Origin: Nitrosopumilales archaeon | GTDB lineage: Archaea > Thermoproteota > Nitrososphaeria > Nitrososphaerales > Nitrososphaeraceae | Assembly: GCA_044507735.1 (NCBI GenBank) | Contig: JBIQJB010000003.1 | Coordinates: 57,258 to 121,257, forward strand | Direction of reading: 5' to 3' | Length of the DNA stretch: 64,000 nt | Shown: piece by piece, positions 58,951-64,000 of the stretch | Position numbering within the stretch: position 1 is the stretch's first letter | How the letters are laid out: every line of letters starts with the position of its first letter | Notes under the pieces: generated by a model | Database searches by the model: none | The model's input: the letters and a program-made list of their open reading frames with translations, nothing else | What the model was told of the DNA's origin: nothing | Program-made: the position numbers and the translations under genes

Positions 58951-60236
58951 ATGACTGACAGAATAGAGGAAGAAGGAGTTAGCCTGAAAGAGAAGAACCA
59001 TCCGAAGTTCATGACACGTGCCTGCATTTCTCCATTAGCTTTCTCTAATCTTGAGGTCGCAGAAAAAACTTCATTTGTCCGGCTTGTCGCTGGGAAGTCC
59101 AAGTTGAGAAGACCGTATCCGAACGAGTCGTCCTTGCCTTCTTCACCAAGATCCTTTGCAGCGTTTCTGAGCACTTTTCTGAGCTCATCGTTTGTCCATA
59201 CCCCATCGCCGTTCACCATTCCAGTGTTGCTCCAGGCTGCTTCATTGCTTTCAAGCAAGAGTGCGATAGAGCCTGTCACCAGTGGAGTGGCCATCGATGT
59301 ACCACTTGAAAACCTATAGCCACCACCTACAGCGGTAGATTTGATTCCGGAGCCGGGAGCTACGAGTTCCACCTCGTCTCCAGTGCGCGAGAAGCTTGAC
59401 AGCTTGTTTTCCTTTGTCACAGATCCGACGCCGATCACGTGTTCATATGCGGCCGGGTACAATACATCACCCTTGCCATTTCCCACTGCTGCAACCATTA
59501 CCAGGCCATATTCAACATACGCCGTCCGTATCACCTTTGCAAGTGCCTTGCTGCCACCATTTCCGGTTATACTCATGTTAACAATATCAATGTCGTTGTC
59601 TATGGCCCAGGCGATCCCTTTTGCAAGGTCGCTGAAAGATCCGCTGCCTTTTTTATCAGAAACTTTAATCGCATAGATTTCGGCGTCTGGAGCGATTCCT
59701 ACAATCCCCTTGCCATCTTGCGCTGCAGCAAGTATGCCAGCTACATGCGTTCCGTGTCCGTTATCATCCATCGGGTCGTCGTCGTCGTTGATAAAATCAT
59801 ATCCTCCCCTGTAGCTCTGGGAGAGCTCGGGGTGGTTGTAGTCTATGCCGGTGTCAAGCAATGCAATCTTGATGCCCCTACCGGTATAGCCCAGAGAGTG
59901 GACAGGCTCCGCGCCAATATCCACCAGCGCCCAAGACTTGGAATATTCAGAGGAGCTTATCTCAGCAATCTCGAACTGACCGTCGATTTCTATGAACTCT
60001 ATCGCGGGATTTTGTGCGAGGCGATCAAGAGCGCTGATTGGAAGCAAGGCATGAACCATCTCCATCTTGTCAAATTCTGCGAGGACGTGTCCGCCGGCAG
60101 CTTCAATCAGTCCGGGATCGTAGTTGCCTTTGATAAAGGAGATGATTACCGCTTTGGAGGTGGGAGGTGATGACATGCTTGCAAACAAGAGGATGACGAG
60201 AATGGTCATCAAAAATGGAGCAACTATACATGACAT
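58947..60236 (-). CDS. Secreted subtilisin-like serine protease (S8)
   Basis: LDTG, HGTHVAG and GTSMATP triad; signal peptide and propeptide. Confidence 0.95.
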   Translation of the reverse strand: MSCIVAPFLMTILVILLFASMSSPPTSKAVIISFIKGNYDPGLIEAAGGHVLAEFDKMEMVHALLPISALDRLAQNPAIEFIEIDGQFEIAEISSSEYSKSWALVDIGAEPVHSLGYTGRGIKIALLDTGIDYNHPELSQSYRGGYDFINDDDDPMDDNGHGTHVAGILAAAQDGKGIVGIAPDAEIYAIKVSDKKGSGSFSDLAKGIAWAIDNDIDIVNMSITGNGGSKALAKVIRTAYVEYGLVMVAAVGNGKGDVLYPAAYEHVIGVGSVTKENKLSSFSRTGDEVELVAPGSGIKSTAVGGGYRFSSGTSMATPLVTGSIALLLESNEAAWSNTGMVNGDGVWTNDELRKVLRNAAKDLGEEGKDDSFGYGLLNLDFPATSRTNEVFSATSRLEKANGEMQARVMNFGWFFSFRLTPSSSILSVI

Positions 60237-60507
60237 TGTTCCAGAAAATCTTTAAAAGAGTCTATGATAATAATCATCTACAACAAAATTCCTAACAATG
60301 CGAGAATGGAATTTGTTAATTCTTCAATCTCTTGCTCTCGGAATTGATATTATGTTCACGATATCAACAGTATTCAATAATTCACAGATAGATGCCTTTG
60401 GAGCCACATTTTGACATTTGGCCATCAGCATATTATGATCGCCCACCCTTCGCAACAGGTCGATGTTTCAATGACGGCTAATTTCCAAGTGAAGAGCGGT
60501 CTTTCGG

Positions 60508-60930
60508 CTATTGCAAGCTCAGAACCACAGGAATTTTCTTGTCCATATGCAACCTTTCAACAGATGATAAGAATTCTTGCACATTTCCGGGTTTATCCAA
60601 TATCCTCCCAACTATGTTAACTGGCGAGTATGGCATTATCTTGTCTGACCTGCTTATCGGGGTAGGACCATAGAAGAAGCACAGGGCACTCCCTTCAGGC
60701 CAGTACGCCACATCCAACAAATCAACTACAGACCTTGCATTTTCCTCCTTGACCTTCACAGGCGTCTCTTCCGTGTAAAGCTCATCTCCCCACCGGTTGA
60801 TGTTGACTCTAATTGGAAGATTATCTATGATCGCCTGAACGGTCCTAGGAGATCTAGAATCGTCAAGCTCTATTGCCACCTTTTCTCCTAGCTCGGAGAA
60901 TTCAACCAACAGGATCTTTCCATTCTTCAT
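60508..60930 (-). CDS. Cyclophilin-like fold protein (DUF369-type)
   Basis: WGDELY, VAYWP.GSALC.FYG.TP and VNIVG motifs. Confidence 0.85.
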   Translation of the reverse strand: MKNGKILLVEFSELGEKVAIELDDSRSPRTVQAIIDNLPIRVNINRWGDELYTEETPVKVKEENARSVVDLLDVAYWPEGSALCFFYGPTPISRSDKIMPYSPVNIVGRILDKPGNVQEFLSSVERLHMDKKIPVVLSLQ

Positions 60931-61460
60931 TTTTCCTCACGGAGTGCTACAACTCGTGGCGCGGCAATTTCCTTCTTTTGAAAGGGCATGGTATAATCAG
61001 GGAGGTCCAGGGCCACGGTCTTGTTCTTGTGTATGGCATATGTCTTGCCGTCATAGGTGCACTTGATCATTGGAATAGTGTCCATATCTGCCACCACGTC
61101 TGCAACCTTGTAGTATTCAAGTAGCTTGCGACTCTCGTAGACCGTCCCATTCTTGCGCCTGAACCTCTTTTTACTCATAAACTTGAATGCAAGTATGATA
61201 TGCCGCTGGCTATAGATGCCAAACATGTTGCGTATCAAGAGGCACCGCTCTATCTGGTCCTGTGGCACATATAGTATATCGCTTGTTCCAGACTTGGCTT
61301 CGATGGTCAGCAGGATCCCATCAGTGTTATTGACAGCGACGATGTCAGGAAGGCCGGTGCTACTCCCGCCCAAACGCCTGGCGTGCCAAACCCCATCATT
61401 CAGTTTTTGCACAAGCATATGCTCATAGGCATAGCCCCTGCTGCGGCGTATGTTTCCCAA
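60927..61460 (-). CDS. Archaeal Holliday junction resolvase-like nuclease
   Basis: RG..YE, PDIVAV and IEAKS PD-(D/E)xK motifs. Confidence 0.8.
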   Translation of the reverse strand: MGNIRRSRGYAYEHMLVQKLNDGVWHARRLGGSSTGLPDIVAVNNTDGILLTIEAKSGTSDILYVPQDQIERCLLIRNMFGIYSQRHIILAFKFMSKKRFRRKNGTVYESRKLLEYYKVADVVADMDTIPMIKCTYDGKTYAIHKNKTVALDLPDYTMPFQKKEIAAPRVVALREEK

Positions 61461-61683
61461 CCAGCTAGCGTTGAACGGCCCATGTCTTTAAAGTTTCTCA
61501 ATATTACCGCTTGTTGCCAGAGTCAGAAGATTCATCACTTCTGAACGCTCCCGGTGCCAGCATTACGAATTACGGCGTTCTCGCTATTTGTTTTCAAACA
61601 TCGTCTCCAAATTTCAAATTCATGAAACTGGGCACAATCTGGAGCAAGTCTTTTATTGTAATCGACTCCAGCTGTAATGACAT

Positions 61684-62292
61684 ATGCAGGACTCGCTTGA
61701 GGCCATCAATGCCGAACTGAAGGACATACAGGAGCGCCGCGAAAAGTTGATCAAGGGCACGCGCGACGTGGTAATGCTGTGCAGCAAGTCCATCGTGGCA
61801 TTGCACCATAGTCAGATCGAGGACGCAAAAGCCAAGATGGAAGAAGCAAAGATGATGCTTGAGGAATTCCGAAAACATGCAAAAGAGGATCTCTACAGGT
61901 ACATTGCAGTGGCAGAACAGGAGCTGGTCGAGGTGTATGCCCTGAGGGCCGTAATGGAAAGCAGGAGAATACCGTCGAGGAAGGAATTGGAGGTCACCGG
62001 CCCATCGTACCTTACAGGGCTGCTTGACTGCATTGGCGAGATAAAGCGTCTGGTATATGACAGGATGCGTTCTGGCAACGAAGAGGATGCTGAAAAATTG
62101 TTTGCAACGATGGAGGAGATCTATAATGCGGTATACCCCTTTGCAGTTTACGACAACATCGTTGCTGGCCTCCGCAAAAAGCTAGATGTAGCAAGGATGC
62201 TCATAGAAGACATCAGGGCGGTAGTGACTGAGGAAAGCAGAAGAAAAGCACTCATTACCGCTATAGATAGTTTAGAGAAAAAGAAGGGATGA
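61684..62292 (+). CDS. Translin family protein
   Basis: RREKLIK..RD, QELVE, YLTGLLDCIGEIKR and LRKKLD motifs. Confidence 0.88.
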   Translation: MQDSLEAINAELKDIQERREKLIKGTRDVVMLCSKSIVALHHSQIEDAKAKMEEAKMMLEEFRKHAKEDLYRYIAVAEQELVEVYALRAVMESRRIPSRKELEVTGPSYLTGLLDCIGEIKRLVYDRMRSGNEEDAEKLFATMEEIYNAVYPFAVYDNIVAGLRKKLDVARMLIEDIRAVVTEESRRKALITAIDSLEKKKG

Positions 62293-62574
62293 ATTCGATT
62301 TGTTTCTAGACGCCTGATGATGATGACGCGTCGGCCGCATTCTCAAAGGCTGTGGTCGGCTGTGTCATAGGCTGACGCGATTGGCTGCAAGCTGCAATAG
62401 CAGCGGAGGATAGCTCGGGCTTTCTTAAGGCGGTAGCGGAGCGCTTGATACGGCATTCGCTGATTCAAAAAGTGTCATGCCAATCTTGAGGTCAGCCAAT
62501 ACGGTCTTGCTCAAGATTCCATAAAGAGCGAGATGAAATCGTCGACAGACATATTCTTTGAGGCGAGAGAGACG

Positions 62575-62916
62575 TTACATGCCCTTTTCAAAGTGTTCGT
62601 AAACTTCGGGACTTGCCAGCAGCCAGCCATAGTGGCTTTCGTCGTGGATGTAGCGCACTTCGCGTATTCTTGGAACCACGTTTCGCCTGCGTACCCCAAG
62701 CACAAACTCCCCCTGAAATGCAAGCCCAATCTTCTTTGCCGTTGCGGTTGATTTTGGGTCCCTCGGCAGAAGGATTCGGTAGCTGAACTTGTCAGAGGGT
62801 TTTGAGACATAAGCCTCAACCATCTTGTCTACCGCATGGCGTATGTCTGATGTCTCACGTATGTCTATCGTTTCAATCACTGGAAATCTAGTATACGGAG
62901 AGCCAGACACCGCCAA
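62575..62916 (-). CDS. Hypothetical protein
   Basis: 113-aa ORF with a plausible alpha/beta pattern. Confidence 0.55.
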   Translation of the reverse strand: MAVSGSPYTRFPVIETIDIRETSDIRHAVDKMVEAYVSKPSDKFSYRILLPRDPKSTATAKKIGLAFQGEFVLGVRRRNVVPRIREVRYIHDESHYGWLLASPEVYEHFEKGM

Positions 62917-62947
62917 AGGGTTGGATTACAGTCAGATAAATTCCATC

Positions 62948-64000
62948 CTATGGCGGGTTGACTACTGTCACAGTCACCTTGGCGGTATCATAATCGGAGA
63001 AATCTGCTTCGTAAATGGTATAGACAAAGGTGTCGACTCCCACAAATCCGGCTGTAGGAGCATAAGTGATTGACCCATCGTCATTTATTGTCACAATCCC
63101 ATGCAATGGATCTCCGGCAATAGCCATGCGGCTGCCATTAGGGATGTCAGGGTGTTCAACAAAGCCTATGTCGTTATCGAGTACTCTTATTTGTACCACT
63201 TGGTCCTTCCAAGTAGTAGCAGAGTCATCCACAGCGTCTATTTTTCCGAGATTCATAGTCACTGTTACCTGGGCAGTAGCCGTACTTCCCTTGTCATCAC
63301 TTATGGTATATGTGAACCAATCTTGACCCAAGAATCCAGGATTTGGAATGTAGGTTATCGTGCGATCGGGGTTGATTGTAGCAGTACCATGAGCAGGAGT
63401 AGAGACGGAAATGACATCTATCGGGTCTACATCAACATCAAAGTCATTAGATAGAACGTCTACCGTTACCGGAACGCCGCCGGAGGTGGTCGGAGCGGAG
63501 TCGTCAAGGGCTACCGGTGGATCGTTCACAGGATTTACGATTACGTGTATTGTACCGGTATTGCTACTGCCGCTACTGTCTTTGGAAGAATAGGTGAAAG
63601 TATCATTACCGAAAAAGTCAAGGAATGGAGAGTACACGATGTTACCGCCTGACTTAAGTGTCACTGTGCCAGACTGCGGTCCGCTCACTATGTTAAAGGT
63701 AATGTAATCGCCGGCATCCAGATCATAGGCTGAAAGTGCATATTCCACGAGTTGATCTTCGTCAGTTATTACGAGACCATCATTTGCGACTGGCGCGTCA
63801 TTAAGCCCAATTATGGTCACGGTAACAGTTGCCACATCGTCTTTATCCCCATCAGAAATAGTGTACTGGAAAGTATCAGTAAGTTGCTGACCTGCCCTAA
63901 GAGCTTGAGCACCAGAGCCGGGTGTGTAGACTATATTGCCTGAAACTATTGCAGCATTGCCATGTGAAGGCGTTGTTATACCATCGATCGAAATCACATC
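62948..64000 (-). CDS. Large surface protein with tandem cadherin-like/Ig-like repeats, C-terminal part (runs off the window)
   Basis: Repeated NDAP/NDPP.A.DD, Y.P...F.G.D.F.Y.I.D and TATV.V motifs. Confidence 0.9.
   Translation of the reverse strand, partial: DVISIDGITTPSHGNAAIVSGNIVYTPGSGAQALRAGQQLTDTFQYTISDGDKDDVATVTVTIIGLNDAPVANDGLVITDEDQLVEYALSAYDLDAGDYITFNIVSGPQSGTVTLKSGGNIVYSPFLDFFGNDTFTYSSKDSSGSSNTGTIHVIVNPVNDPPVALDDSAPTTSGGVPVTVDVLSNDFDVDVDPIDVISVSTPAHGTATINPDRTITYIPNPGFLGQDWFTYTISDDKGSTATAQVTVTMNLGKIDAVDDSATTWKDQVVQIRVLDNDIGFVEHPDIPNGSRMAIAGDPLHGIVTINDDGSITYAPTAGFVGVDTFVYTIYEADFSDYDTAKVTVTVVNPP

Overview
Chromosomal window of an ammonia-oxidising archaeon, probably Nitrososphaeraceae (Nitrososphaera-like; inferred from gene content and order). 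Most of it is housekeeping: the nuoABCD(H) start of complex I, tldD/tldE, a redox/stress cluster, tRNA-Leu(GAG), rpoN-eno-rps2, MEMO1-mvk, archaeal CoA biosynthesis (PoK, PPS, panB, coaBC), gdh, a suf cluster, nnrD, mpgP with a GH38 mannosidase, TFB, a phospholipase D, a subtilisin, an Hjc-like nuclease, translin and a truncated Ig-repeat surface protein. Two regions stand out. (1) A ~6.7 kb AT-richer island (about 12118-18800) at the tRNA-Leu 3' end with no integrase. It carries a decayed IS3-family element, about 16 palindromic-consensus octamers (TGGYRCCA) beside an AT-rich tract, a small RHH-like gene and a 590-aa multi-wHTH/PD-(D/E)xK nuclease gene. (2) A ~180-nt multi-helix structured RNA candidate at 45312-45490 whose G-U pairs point to the minus strand. 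Several small zinc-finger ORFs and a nonsense-interrupted spherulin-4-like gene were also found. All calls come from motif recognition by eye; no searches were run.
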